64,000 nt of DNA from Scyliorhinus canicula (taxonomy: Eukaryota). The stretch is from the NCBI RefSeq assembly GCF_902713615.1, contig NC_052158.1:42743159-42807158 (forward strand). The letters are read 5' to 3'. Positions 1-11,975 of the stretch are shown piece by piece (position 1 is the first letter of the stretch; each line of letters begins with the position of its first letter). Both the position numbers and the translations under genes were made by a program. The notes under the pieces were generated by a model that searched no databases, had not been told where the DNA came from, and worked only from the letters and a program-made list of their open reading frames with translations.

Positions 1-430
1 CCAGGTAGGCCTTGAAACATCGGAGCCAGTGTAGAAAGATTTCTCTTGCCTCTGCAGCCTGCGGGTCGAGTTCTAATCGGTAAGGTTTGAGGGCTGATTC
101 CAAAGTAGTTTTCTTCAAGTTTCCTAAGATTATTAGATTGATGTGACCATCAATTCACAAGACACTTGATTGGAAGTGAACAGTGGATTTAATAATCTTA
201 CAACAGAACCTGCCTGCGGCGAGATAAACTGGCAGCAGGTTCACGACTGCAGGGCTTTATACTTCCAGTTAGTGGGGGGAGCCATGGGCAGAGCAACGGA
301 TGGAGCCCAGTACAAACTCCTCGTCTCCCCCCATGGGCAGAGCCGCGCAACGGCTCGTATACAGAGCCTACAAGGACACAATACATATAATGGAACACAG
401 TGTGAATTACTCTGTTTATAATTCACCACA
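1..430 (-). mobile_element. Gypsy-type LTR retrotransposon A: 5' LTR (139-430) and start of gag (103 to 1), running off the window
   Basis: On the minus strand the LTR runs TGTGGTGAAT...TGATGGTCACATCA with TATA and ATTAAA. It is followed by LESALKPYRLELDPQAAEAREIFLHWLRCFKAYL, homologous to the gag starts at 17682 and 47454. Confidence 0.85.
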
Positions 431-811
431 ACTATATTGACAAGAAACTGTCCTCTGAAGTTATTTTTTAAAGCACAATACTCAATTATATTCTGCAGCC
501 TTTGTTTAATGCAGAAAATTGTCCATTTCCTTTTGCTTTCTCCAGGCACTTTCCATGATGGAGGAATCCCTTAGTATCAATTTTCCAGGGAAAGCTGTTA
601 AAATTTTGCTGGGACACTTTATCTCATTCAAAAGTCTTCACAACTAAAACACTAGTGTTTCTGACTGACCTGTAATCTCTATTGTTTTCCTTGATGGCAT
701 TTCCTTTTTTTCTTCTCATGACTTAGTCGAGGCTTATTTCAGAAAAATAACTGCACAGAAGCAGTCCATGTTGATATGCAGCAAGACCTGGACAGCATTC
801 CAGGCAGGGGT

Positions 812-846
812 CACCTGAAGAAGGAGCCGTGCTCCGAAAGCTCGTG
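812..846 (+). ncRNA. Minimal type I hammerhead ribozyme
   Basis: CAC (812-814) / CTGAAGA (815-821) / A / GGAGC-CGT-GCTCC stem II (823-835) / GAAA (836-839) / GC / TC (predicted cleavage after 843) / GTG (844-846, pairs with CAC). Stem III is reduced to palindromic AGCT. Confidence 0.7.
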
Positions 847-932
847 TTTGAAACAAACCTGTTGGACTTTAACCTGGTGTTGTAAGACTTCTTACTGTGC
901 TCACCCCAGTCCAACGCCGGCATCTCCACATC
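812..932 (+). mobile_element. 121-bp Penelope-like terminal-repeat mini-element containing a hammerhead ribozyme motif
   Basis: Flanked by GGGGT direct repeats (807-811, 933-937) inside an older LINE remnant. Contains CTGAAGA-stem-GAAA and several hairpins. Confidence 0.7.
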
Positions 933-1079
933 GGGGTTATAAGTGGCAAGGATGACTTGACTTCCGGGCGGCGAGCGAGGAGGTCGCAGGGAGAGGGGCT
1001 CCCGCAAGCGGCAGACAAGAAGAACAACCCCCCCCCCCCCCCCCGACAGGCCGGACGGCGGAGGAGGAGCGCCGGCAAA

Positions 1080-1800
1080 GGAGCCGGAGCAGGAGCGGAG
1101 GAGCCGGAGCGGAGGAGCCGGAGCGGAGGAGCGGAGGAGCCGGAGCGGGAGCGGAGGAGCCGGAGCGGAGGAGCCGGAGCGGAGGAGCGGAGGAGCCGGA
1201 GCGGGAGCGGAGGAGCCGGAGCGGAGGAGCCGGAGCGGCAGCGGAGCGGCGACAGGGGGGCCCAACAGCAGCAGGTCCATCCCCTCTCCCTCCCCCCCCC
1301 CCCCCCCACGCGGGCCAGGAGCGGTGCGGCGGCGGCGGCGGCCCCTCTTCTCTCCCCCCCACCCCCCCACGCGGGCCAGGAGCGGTGCGGCGGCGGCGGC
1401 CCCTCTTCTCTCCCCCCCCCCCCACGCGGGCCAGGAGCGGTGCGGCGGCGGCGGCCCCTCTTCTCTCCCCCCCCCCCCCCCCCCACGCGGGCCAGGAGCG
1501 GTGCGGCGGCGGCGGCCCCTCTTCTCTTCCCCCCCCCCCCCCCCCCCCCAGCCAGCAGCGGGGACACAACCCCCCCCCCCCCCCAGCCAGCAGCGGGGAC
1601 ACAACCCCCCCCCCCCCCCCCCAGCCAGCAGCGGGGACACAACCCCCCCCCCCCCCCCAGCCAGCAGCGGGGACACAACCCCCCCCCCCCCCCCAGCCAG
1701 CAGCGGGGACACAACCCCCCCCCCCCCCCAGCCAGCAGCGGGGACACAACCCCCCCCCCCCCCCAGCCAGCAGCGGGGACCCCCCCCCCCCCAACCAGCA
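1080..1800 (+). repeat. Three consecutive tandem arrays in the L1 5'UTR (GGAGCCGGAGCGGA-type; ~58-bp unit x4; ~30-bp CCAGCCAGCAGCGGGGACACAACCC unit x~7)
   Basis: Directly visible repeated units separated by C homopolymers. These arrays explain the overlapping Gly/Pro-rich spurious ORFs. Confidence 0.9.
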
Positions 1801-1977
1801 GCGACCACCGGCCCACTCGCCCCTCCCCCCCCCCCCAACTGCTGTGACCACCACGTGGCAAAGACAAAGGGACTCTCTCTCCTGGTTGAGTGGGGAAAAA
1901 AGAAAAAAGAGACTTGTATTTCTGTTCTTCCCAAAAGAAAACTGGTAAAGAGAAAAGGGGTAGGGGAAATAAATTTA

Positions 1978-2018
<41 letters not shown>

Positions 2019-2094
2019 TAGTTATATAATAATAAATAAAATAAAAATAGGGTGCGGAAAAGGGGGAAAAAGAAGAACAAGGAGAGAAGAAAAG

Positions 2095-3120
2095 ATGAAG
2101 GGGAAGGGGGAGAAAAAAGTGCCAGAAAGGAGCCAAGAGAAAGGGGGCACCGGAAGTAGACTGGGCAAAGGGAAAGCCAGCTCGGGCGAACGAGTCAACA
2201 CGCGAAGCGGCGGGAAGGATGCTTCGCCGCATCCAGAAGAGCTGGACGGGCGGGCAACCTCTCCCCTGGGGTTAGAGGGGGGCGTGAATTGGAAGGAAGC
2301 CTTTGCCGAGGTGGTGAGGGAGCAGCTGCAGGCATTCAAGGCAGAGTTAAAAGCAGACGCAGAGGCCGCAGCACAGGCAGCAGTGACCAGGGCCATGTCA
2401 GGGGTGCAGCAGGTTCTGACCAGGTTGGAGAAGAAAGTGGATGCCCAAGGGAAGATACTGGAAGCCCAAGGGAAGATACTGGAAGCCCAGGGGGCAACCA
2501 TTAAAGAGCTGGAGAAGGCAGCGACTGACGCGAGCGACCGGGTCATATCCCTGGAGAGGGGAATGGTGAAACTGAGTGCAACACAGGGGAGCCTGAAGGG
2601 CAGGGTAGACGACCAGGAGATCAGCTCGAGAAGGCAAAATATCAAGATAGTGGGCCTGCCAGAGGGGATAGAGGGTAGAAATCCCACAACATTCGTGGCT
2701 GCGATGCTGGGCTCCTTAGTGGGGCGGGAAACTTTTCCCACCCCACCGGAAATGGACAGAGCTCATCGGTCACTGCGCCCGAAGCCCAAGGAAGGGGAAA
2801 AACCGAGAGCAGTTATAGCCAGACTGCACCGGTACCGGGATAGGGAGACAATCCTGCGCTGGGCCAAGGAGAATAGAGCCTGCAATTGGGACGGGCACGC
2901 CATCCGAATCTACGAGGATTTTGGAGCGGACATAGCTAAGAGACGGGCGGAGTTCAACAGAGCGAAAGCAGCTCTCTATAAGAACAAAGTACGTTTTGGT
3001 ATGCTGTACCCAGCAAAACTCTGGGTCACATACCAACACAAGGAATATTTCTTTACAGCCCCTGCCGAGGCGAATAGATTCGTCGAGGAGCACGGGCTGG
3101 AAAAACGCCATGGGAAGTAG
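2095..3120 (+). CDS. L1 ORF1p (coiled coil, RRM, C-terminal domain)
   Basis: Open frame from ATG 2095 with L1 ORF1 motifs RRQNIKIVGLPEG, DRAHR, RIYEDF and FGMLYPAKL. Confidence 0.9.
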   Translation: MKGKGEKKVPERSQEKGGTGSRLGKGKASSGERVNTRSGGKDASPHPEELDGRATSPLGLEGGVNWKEAFAEVVREQLQAFKAELKADAEAAAQAAVTRAMSGVQQVLTRLEKKVDAQGKILEAQGKILEAQGATIKELEKAATDASDRVISLERGMVKLSATQGSLKGRVDDQEISSRRQNIKIVGLPEGIEGRNPTTFVAAMLGSLVGRETFPTPPEMDRAHRSLRPKPKEGEKPRAVIARLHRYRDRETILRWAKENRACNWDGHAIRIYEDFGADIAKRRAEFNRAKAALYKNKVRFGMLYPAKLWVTYQHKEYFFTAPAEANRFVEEHGLEKRHGK

Positions 3121-3892
3121 GGACGATGGGCCCATGGCAAGGAGACACGTCATGCCGACGGGGGGGTGGGGAGGGGCGAGGCAAAGCCAGCCCCCTCCCC
3201 CCTGGCAGGAACACCCAGAACGGAAAACAACCCAATGCCCTAGGGCCCGCTCCAGGTGGGAGGCCAGGCCCCGGCACGAGGGAACGGGAGTACTGGAGAG
3301 GGGAGAGGGGAAGCGGGACAGCAACCTCCGAGAGGGAAGCCACCGTGCTAGCAGGAAAGCTAGCGAAGGGGGCGCGCAACAGAGCAGGGCCGCAGCGCAC
3401 CCCCAACAGGGGGGAAGGCGCCAGGCAGGGGAGGGGGGGGATCACCCATCAAAGGTGGGAGAGCAAATGGGGACAGGAATGGGGGAGAGAGGGGCAATGG
3501 AGGGGTACACAGGGGTATCCCCGAAAGGGATAGAGCGGGGGGGGGGGCACCCGGGGGGCGAGAGACCAGGGAGGGGAAACGCAGGGACGAAGGGACAAAA
3601 GAGGCCAGTAAGGGAAGAGGGCCACAAAGTGCCACAGACAAGGGCTCGAAACAGGGAACTGCTGCAAGCACCCACCCAGTACGGTCTGTGGGTGAAGGGG
3701 CCCCCCGGAGTGCAGGGGACTACCCGCGTGGCGGACACAAAGTGGACGGCCATGGCGGGTGTCCCCGGGACAAGGGGGAACCCCGGAGCGCAGGGACCCG
3801 ACCGCATGGGGAGAGCAGTGATAGTGGACATCCTGGACGGCCCCCTAACATAGGGAAACCCCAGAGGGCAGGGGCGCGTCCACCGGACAAAT

Positions 3893-6800
3893 ATGGTTAA
3901 CCCCACAGGAGCAAGGGGGCAGAAGCCCCCCACCAGAATAGTCACCTGGAACGTAAGGGGACTTAACGGCCCAGTGAAGAGATCTAGAGTCCTCACCCAC
4001 CTTAGAAACATGAGGGCCGACATAGTCTTCCTCCAAGAGACGCACTTGAGGGAGCAGGACCAACTGCGGGTAAGAAAGGGCTGGGTGGGACAAACCTATC
4101 ATTCCTGTTATGGGGCAAGGGCCAGGGGGGTGGCGATCCTGATTGGCAAGAGGACAATGTTTAGGGCGACAAAGACGGTTACGGACCCAGGGGGACGGTA
4201 TGTCATGGTCAGCGGGGCCCTGGATGGGGCGCCGGTAGTTCTAGTTAACGTGTACGCGCCCAACTGGGACGACACGAGCTTCATCCAAAAGACCATGGCA
4301 GAAATCCCGGACATAGCGACGCACCGACTAATCATGGGGGGGGACTTCAACTGTGTACAGGACCCAACGACGGACAGATCAAACCCCAGAACGGGGAAAA
4401 CCTCAAACATGGCAAGGGAACTCAGCCACTATATGGAGCAGATGGAGCAGTAGACCCCTGGAGATTCGCCCACCCGGGGGAGAAAGAATTCTCTTTCTTC
4501 TCCCCAGTACACAACGTGTACACCAGAATTGACTTCTTTGTGGTGGGGAAAACGGTGCTTCCAGAGATAGACAAGGTGGAATACTCCGCAATTGTGATAT
4601 CAGACCACGCTCCACACTACATGGATGTGCGGCTAGAGACGGGAAGGGCCCAGCGCCCCAAATGGAGGTTGGACGGTGCCTTACTAGCTGACAAGGCCTT
4701 CAGCGAAAGGATAGCGCAGGCCATAGCGGAGTACACTGAGATCAACCAAAACGGGGAGGTCTCACCCTCCACGTTCTGGGAAGCGCTTAAGGCCGTACTA
4801 AGAGGGGAAATCATAGCCTACAAAGCGCAAAGAGATAGGGAGGAAAGGGTGGCTAGGCAGAAGCTGGTCGACTCCATACTGGAGGTAGACCATAAATACT
4901 CCGAGGCCCCGACTGTAGAACTCCTGGCGGAGAGAAAAGAATTACAAAGGAACTTTGACCTGCTCTCCACCAGGAAAGCAGTACACCAACTCCGCCAGGC
5001 ACGCGGGGCCCTATACGAACACGGAGACAAAGCCAGCCGCCTGTTGGCCCACCAGCTGAGAAAGCAGGCAGCCAGCAGAGAAATTGCGCAAATCAGAGAT
5101 ACCAGAGGCACGTTGGAAACAGAACCAGAGAGGATTAACAAAACCTTCAAGGCCTTCTACCAAGAGCTGTACACCTCAGAGCCCCCAACGGGGAAGGCTG
5201 GGATGAACCGGTTTCTTGACGGACTGAACATACCAGTTGTGGGAGAGGGCAGAAAACGGGATCTGGAAGCACCACTAGCACTGGGAGAGATCATGGAGAG
5301 CATTAGCTCCATGCAGGCGGGGAAGGCGCCGGGACCGGACGGATTCCCGGCGGACTTCTACAAAAAATTTGCGACAGCGCTGGCCCCGCACCTGCGGGAG
5401 ATGTTCACAGACTCGCTAGCTAAGGGCACGTTGCCACCCACGTTAGCACAGGCCTCAATCTCGCTGATACCTAAGAAAGACAAAGACCCAACGGAATGTG
5501 TGTCATACAGACCCATATCTCTGCTGAATGCAGACGCCAAAATACTGGCCAAAATCCTAGCCAAAAGGCTAGAAGACTGTGTACCTGAGGTGGTCACAGA
5601 GGACCAGACGGGCTTTGTCAAAGGTAGACAGCTGACCGCGAACATCAGGCGCCTGCTGAACGTGATAATGACCCCCTCCGGGGAGAGAACACAAGAGGTG
5701 ATCGTCTCCCTGGACGCAGAAAAGGCCTTCGACAGAGTCGAGTGGAAATACCTCATAGAGGTACTGGAGCGGTTCGGGCTTGGAACAGGGTTCACCGCTT
5801 GGGTAAAGCTCCTGTACAACGCTCCCATGGCGAGTGTACAGACCAACAATACCAACTCCCAATACTTCCAGCTGCACAGGGGCACCAGACAAGGATGCCC
5901 ACTGTCCCCGCTGCTGTTCGCACTAGCAATTGAACCGCTAGCAATCGCGCTCAGGGCAGCAAAAAATTGGAGGGGGATCCGAAGGGGAGGTAGAGAGCAC
6001 AGAGTCTCACTCTATGCGGATGATCTGCTCCTCTATATCTCGGACCCACAAAGCAGCATGGACGGAATCATCGCGCTCCTGAAAGAGTTTGGAGCCTTCT
6101 CGGGCTACAAACTCAACATGAGCAAAAGTGAGATCTTCCCATTACACCCGCAAGGGGGGGGGGGGGGGGGGGGGCAGCACTAAAGGGGCTGCCGTTCAAA
6201 CAAGCCCGACATAAATTCCGCTACCTGGGGATCCAAATAGCCCATGACTGGAAAGGGATCCACAAATGGAACCTCACCAGCCTGACGGAGGAAGTTAAAA
6301 AGGACCTGCAAAGATGGAACACACTCCCGCTCTCCCTCGCGGGGAGAGTTCAGACGATCAAAATGAACGTACTGCCCAGGTTCCTCTTCCTGTTTAGATC
6401 CATTCCGATCTACATCCCCAAGGCCTTTTTCAAAGCGCTGGACAAACTCATCATGGCGTTCGTATGGGGGGGGTAAAAATGCTAGGATCCCAAAGAAGGT
6501 CTTACAAAAAACAAAAACCAGGGGAGGGTTAGCCCTCCCGAATCTACAATTCTACCACTGGGCAGCAACAGCCGAGCGAGTAAGGGGATGGATCCAGGAG
6601 CCAGAAGCTGAGTGGGTGCGTGCGGAGGAGGCCTCCTGCATGGGAACCTCCCTCCGGGCCCTCGCCACGGCAGCACTCCCATCCCCACCCAAAAAACACT
6701 CCAGCAGCCCAGTGGTGACAGCCACCCTCCAATCCTGGAACCAACTGCGGCAGCAACTTGGCCTGACCAAAATGTCGAACAGGGCTCCCATCTGCAACAA

Positions 6801-7728
6801 CCATAGGTTCAAACCAGCACTGACCGACGCCACCTTCAAAAGGTGGAGGCAGGACGGGGGAACATTGACAGTCAGGGACCTATACACGGACGACAGGATC
6901 GCAACACTGGACGAACTGACAGAGAAATTTCAGCTAGCTGGGGGGAACGAGCTACGGTACCTGCAGCTCAAAAACTTCCTAAGAAAGGAGACAAGGACGT
7001 ACCCACAACCACCACGACAGACACTACTGGAAGACCTACTGGACGCAAGTATCCTAGTGAAAGGGAACTGTAGTGACATGTATGACCGACTGGTAGATAG
7101 GGACGACACCGTACTGGACGCAACAAGGAGGAAATGGGAGGACGACCTGGGGATGGAGATAGGGTGGGGACTCTGGAGCGAAGCACTGCATAGGGTCAAC
7201 TCCACCTCCACGTGCGCAAGGCTCAGCCTGACGCAACTAAAAGTGGTACATAGAGCCCACCTAACAAGAACCCGTATGAGTAGGTTCTTCCCGGAGGTGG
7301 AAGACAGATGTGAGCGGTGCCAAAGAGGCCCGGCCAACCACGCCCACATGTTCTGGTCTTGCCCCAGACTTGTGGAGTACTGGACAGCCTTCTTCGAGGC
7401 TATGTCCAAAGTGGTGGGGGTGAGGGTGGAGCCATGCCCGATAGTGGCGGTCTTCGGGGTTTCAGACCAGCCAGATCTATTCCTGGGGAGGAGGGCGGAC
7501 GCCCTTGCCTTTGCCTCCCTGATCGCCCGCCGTAGAATCCTGTTTGGCTGGCGGTCAGCAGCACCGCCCAGAGCTGCGGACTGGCTGTCCGACCTCTCGG
7601 AATCTCTCCAAATGGAGAAAATCAAATTTGCCATCCGAGGGTCGGACGACGGCTTCCACAGAACGTGGGAGCCATTCATGCAACTGTTCCGGGACCTGTT
7701 TGTGGCCAACGTACAAGAGGAAGAATAG
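3893..7728 (+). CDS. L1 ORF2p (AP endonuclease, RT, Cys-rich domain), with three frameshifts, all in G runs (~4443, ~6144-6164 poly-G, ~6466-6473)
   Basis: Motifs TWNVRG, GGDFN, ISDH, APGPDG, QGCPLSP, YADD and CERCQRGPANHAHMFWSC occur across ORF segments 3893-4453, 4516-6183, ~6176-6477 and 6616-7728. Confidence 0.9.
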
Positions 7729-8278
7729 TCGGGGGAAGGTAGCGGGAGGGGGGGGGGGGGGGGGCTACAGGTTCGTTACGGGGGTTCGATGGCTAGCTAA
7801 GGCCCAAAACCAAGCTAAATAAACATGTTGAGGGGGGGGGGGGGGCGCAGTTACTACTACGAAGATGCTTACCTGTAAATATGTATGTTAATTTTTGCGT
7901 GTTTGTTTTTGTTTGTTTTTTTTTTGTTTCTCTCTCCTAACAATTTGTAATTTGTTCAATATAAAATACGAAAACTGAATAAAAACATTTATAAAAAAAA
8001 ATAAGTGGCAAGCAACATTCATGCCACACAAGTGCCAGGCAATGACCGTCTCCAACAAGAGAGAATGCAACCTTTTGACATTCAATGGCATTATCATTGC
8101 TTAATTTCCCCACTATCAACATCCTGGGGTTAAAACTGATCAGAAACTGATTGGACTCGCCATATAAATACAGTGGTTACAAGAGCAGGTCAGAACTTGG
8201 GAATTCTGCAGATGGTAACTCGCCGACTGACCCCCAGAGCCTGTCCACCATCTACAAGGCACAAGTCAGAGGTGTAAT

Positions 8279-10806
8279 TTGGATTTGGATTTGGATTTGT
8301 TTATTGTCACGTGTACCGAGGTACAGTGAAAAGTATTTTTCTGCAAGCAGCTCAACAGATCATTCAGTATATGGAAGAAAAGGGAATTAAACAAAATTCA
8401 AGAAAATACATGAGAATACATAATAGGGCAACACAAGATATACAATGTTACTACATAAGCATTGGCATCAGATGAAGCATACAGGGTGTAGTGTTAATGA
8501 GGTCAGTCAATAAGAGGGTCATTGTCTGGTGACAGTGGGGAAGAAGCTGTTTTTGAGTCTGTTCGTGCGTGTTCTCAGACTTCTGCATCTCCTGCCCGAT
8601 GGAAGAAGTTGGAAAAGTGAGTAAGCCGGGTGGGAGGGATCCTTGATTATGCTGCCCGCTTTCCCCAGGCAGCGGGAGGTGTAGATGGAGTCCATGGATG
8701 GGAGGCAGGTTTGTGCGATGGACTGGGCGGTATTCACAACTCTCTGAAGTTCCTTGCGGTCCTGGGCCGAGCAGTTGCCATACCAGGCTGTGATGCAGCC
8801 CGATAGGATGCTTTCTATAGTGCATCTGTAAAAGTTGGTAAGGGTTAATGTGGACATGCCGAATTTCCTTAGTTTCCTGAGGAAGTATAGGCGCTGTTGT
8901 GCTTTCTTGGTGATAGCGTCGATGTGAGTGGACCAGGATAGATTTTTTAGTGATGTGCACCCCTAGGAATTTGAAACTGCTAACCATCTCCACCTCGGCT
9001 CCATTGATGCTGACAGGGGTGTGTACAGTACTTTGCTTCCTGAAGTCGATGACCAGCTCTTTAGTTTTTCTGGCATTGAGGGAGAGATTGTTGTTGTTAT
9101 ACCACTCCACTATGTTCTCTATCTCCCTCCTATATTCGGACTCATCGTTATTCGAGATCCGGCCCACTATGGTCGTATCGTCAGCAAACTTGTAGATGGA
9201 GTTGGAACCAAGTTTTGCCACGCAGTCGTGTGTGTACAGGGAGTAGAGTAGGGGGCTAAGTACGCAGCCTTGCGGGGCACCGGTATTGAGGACTATTGTG
9301 GAGGTGTTCATCTTACTGACTGTGGCCTGTTGGTCAGAAAGTCAAGGATCCAGTTGCAGAGTGGAGAGCCAAGTCCTAGGTTTTGGAGCTTTAATATGAG
9401 TTTGCTGGGATTATGGTGTTGAAGGCAGAGCTGTAGTCAATAAATAGGAGTCTGATGTTGGAGTCCTTGTTTTCGAGATGCTCTAGGGATGAGTGTAGGG
9501 CAAGGGAAATGGCGTCTGATGTGGACCGGTTGTGACGGTATGCGAATTGCAGTGGATCAAGGCGTTCTGGGAGTATGGAGGTGATGCGCTTCATGATCAG
9601 CCTCTCGAAGCACTTCATTACAACTGACGTCAGGGCCACTGGGCGGTAGTCATTGAGGCACGTTGCCTGGTTCTTCTTTGGTACTGGTATGATGGTGGTC
9701 TTCTTGAATCAGGTGGGGACCTCGGAGTGAAGTAGGGATAGGTTAAAGATGTCTGTGAATACCTCTGCCAGCTGGTATGCGCAGGCTCTGAGTGCACGAC
9801 CAGGGATCCTGTCCGGGCCCATCGCCTTCCGTGGGTTCACTTTCAGGAAGGCCGATCTGACTTCGGAAACTGTGATGGTGGGTATGGGTGAATTATGGGT
9901 TGCTGGGGCAATCGACAGCGGATTGTTGGTTGCCTGCTCAAACCGAGCATAGAATGCATTAAGTTAATCGGGGAGGGGTGCGCTGCTGCCAGAGATACTG
10001 CTCGGCTTCGCTTTGTAGCCCGTTATGTTGTTTAGTCCTTGCCACAACCGCCGAGAGTCTGTCTGTGACTCTAGCTTAGTTTGATATTCTCTCTTGGCAT
10101 CTCGGATGGCTTTGCGGAGGTCGTACCTGGATTTCTTGTATAGGACAGGGTCGTCTGTCTTGAACGCCTCAGATCTGTCCTTCAGTCGGGAGTCAATCTC
10201 GCGGTTGAGCCATGGTTTCCGGTTGGGGAACGTACGTACTGCTTTCTTTGGCACGCAGTCGTCCACACATTTGCTGATGAAGTCTGTGACGGTGGTGACA
10301 TACTCATTTAAATTAGTCGCTGAGTTCCTAAATATGGACCAATCCACTGTCTCTAAGCAGTCACGTAAGAGCTCTTCTGTCTCCTCGGACCAGCACTGCA
10401 CAACCTTTTTAGCTGGATTCTCCCGCTTGAGTTTCTGCTTGTAAGCCGGGAGAAGGAGCACCGTCTTATGGTCTGATTTCCCAAAGTGCGATCGGGAGAT
10501 GGAACGGTAGGCGCCCTTGATTTTTGAGTAGCAGTGGTCAAGAGTGTTGTCGCCCCTGGTGGGACAGGAGATGTGTTGGTGGAATTTTGGCAGTACACTC
10601 TTGAGGTTGGTTTTGTTGAAGTCTCCGGCCACAATGAACAAGGCCGCCGGGTGTTCTGTTTCATAGTTGTTTATGACTGTGTTACAGTTCATCCAGCGCC
10701 TTCCTCACTTCTGCCTGGGGTGGGATGTAGACTTCTGTAATGGCTGAAGTGAACTCACGTGGAAGATAGTATGGGCGGCATTTTACGGCCAAGTATTCCA
10801 GGTCCA
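8279..10806 (-). mobile_element. Rex1/Babar LINE, 5'-truncated and degraded
   Basis: Endonuclease motifs AGDFNK...TLDHCY...SDH. RT motifs [43 protein letters not shown] and FADD. (AATCCA)n-type tail. GTAAT is duplicated at both ends. Confidence 0.9.
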
Positions 10807-11160
10807 GGTAATGGAATACTGTCCGCCAGCCTGGATCAGTGCAGCTCCAATAACACTCAAGTAGCTTGACACCGTCTAGAACAATGCAGCGGGTTTGATT
10901 GCTCCTCCTTCCACAAATATTCACTCTCTCCACCACCAATGCACTGTGGCAGCCTTGTGTACCATCTACACTGTTCTGCAGCAATTCAGCAAAGCTGCTT
11001 TGGCAGCACCTTATAAACAGACAGGAGCAGCAGATACATGGAAATACCACCATCTGGGGGTTCCCCTCCAAGTCTGTTTGTTCTCGCTCTGAGCTTCCAT
11101 CCTAGCTCCCTAAAGGCCTGCCTGACATCCTTGTCCCCTTTCCTACCTTTCCCCCCTCCA

Positions 11161-11337
11161 AGGGGCTGATTTAGCTCACTGGGCTAAATCGCTGGCTTTT
11201 AAAGCAGGCCAGCAGCACGGTTCGATTCCCGTATCAGCCTCCCCGGACAGGCGCCGGAATGTGGCGACTAGGGGCTTTTCACAGTAACTTCATTGAAGCC
11301 TACTCGTGACAATAAGCGATTTTCATTTTCATTTCAA
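11161..11337 (+). mobile_element. tRNA-derived SINE, family 2, with (TTTCA)n tail
   Basis: A-box/B-box-like head (TTTAGCTCACTGGGCTAAA...GGTTCGATTCCC). Further copies at 62446-62617 (+) and ~24222-24320 (-). Confidence 0.8.
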
Positions 11338-11975
11338 GTCACCCACCATCCTAACTTGGAACTATATCGCCGTCCGTTCACTGTTACGGTATCAAAATCC
11401 TGGAACTCCCTCCCTAACAGCACTGTCAGTGTACCTACACCTCAGGGATTGCAGCAGTTCCAGAAGGCAGTTCACCCCCAACTTCTCCAGGGCAGTTTCG
11501 GGATTATGCAATAAATGCTGCCCTAGTTAGCAATGCCCACATCCGATAAATTAATTTAAAAAGTATATATCAGGGAGCCTCTGGATTCCTTCACCCTGCC
11601 TTTTCCTTTGGTCGGAATATACCTTGACTGCCTGATCGATCTCCTCTTTCGAGGTAGCCTATTGTTCAATTATTGTTTTTCTTGCCAATTTTCCTTTCCA
11701 ATTTACCGGCTCAGATCAATTCTGTTGGGCCTGAGCGCTACAAATCTTACCCCTTGAAATTGGCTTTCGGCCACTTAATTATTCAGACTATAGGTTGTTC
11801 CTTGTCCTTTTCCTTAACCAACATAAATCTTACGATGCAATGATCACTGTCCCTAAATGTTCTTCTGCTGATAATGATCCACTTGGATTCTTTATTCCCA
11901 AGAACCAGACCCAGCAATGTCTCCTTTCTCATTGCAGTGGAATCATACTGGAATGGAAAATTCTCCTCAACACAC

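Larger units (their letters stand above)
951..8000 (+). mobile_element. Full-length L1-clade LINE
   Basis: Perfect 12-bp TSD ATAAGTGGCAAG (939-950, 8001-8012). 5' end has GACTTCCGG, followed by a repeat-rich GC 5'UTR, ORF1, a ~770-bp spacer, ORF2, AATAAA and an A-rich tail. Confidence 0.95.
8001..11555 (+). mobile_element. Old L2-like LINE 3' remnant in pieces (767-806, 933-950, 8001-8278, 10808-11072, 11335-11555)
   Basis: The sequence reads on continuously across the excised L1, Rex1 and SINE insertions, for example AAGTCAGAGGTGTAAT|GGAATACTGTCC. The family assignment comes from recollection of shark LINE tails. Confidence 0.55.

Noticed and set aside
421-760. MHC class II alpha1 or leader exon
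   Set aside because: An AG acceptor-like site exists at ~545, but no open frame resembles an alpha1 domain or signal peptide.
723-2080. Long overlapping Gly/Pro/Arg-rich ORFs (300-600 aa)
   Set aside because: They are translations of the L1 5'UTR tandem arrays and are open in many frames on both strands.
11161-11240. tRNA genes at the SINE heads (also 16247, 19623, 34623, 40796, 49781)
   Set aside because: A/B boxes are present, but each continues into a SINE body and tail, and no complete cloverleaf is evident.
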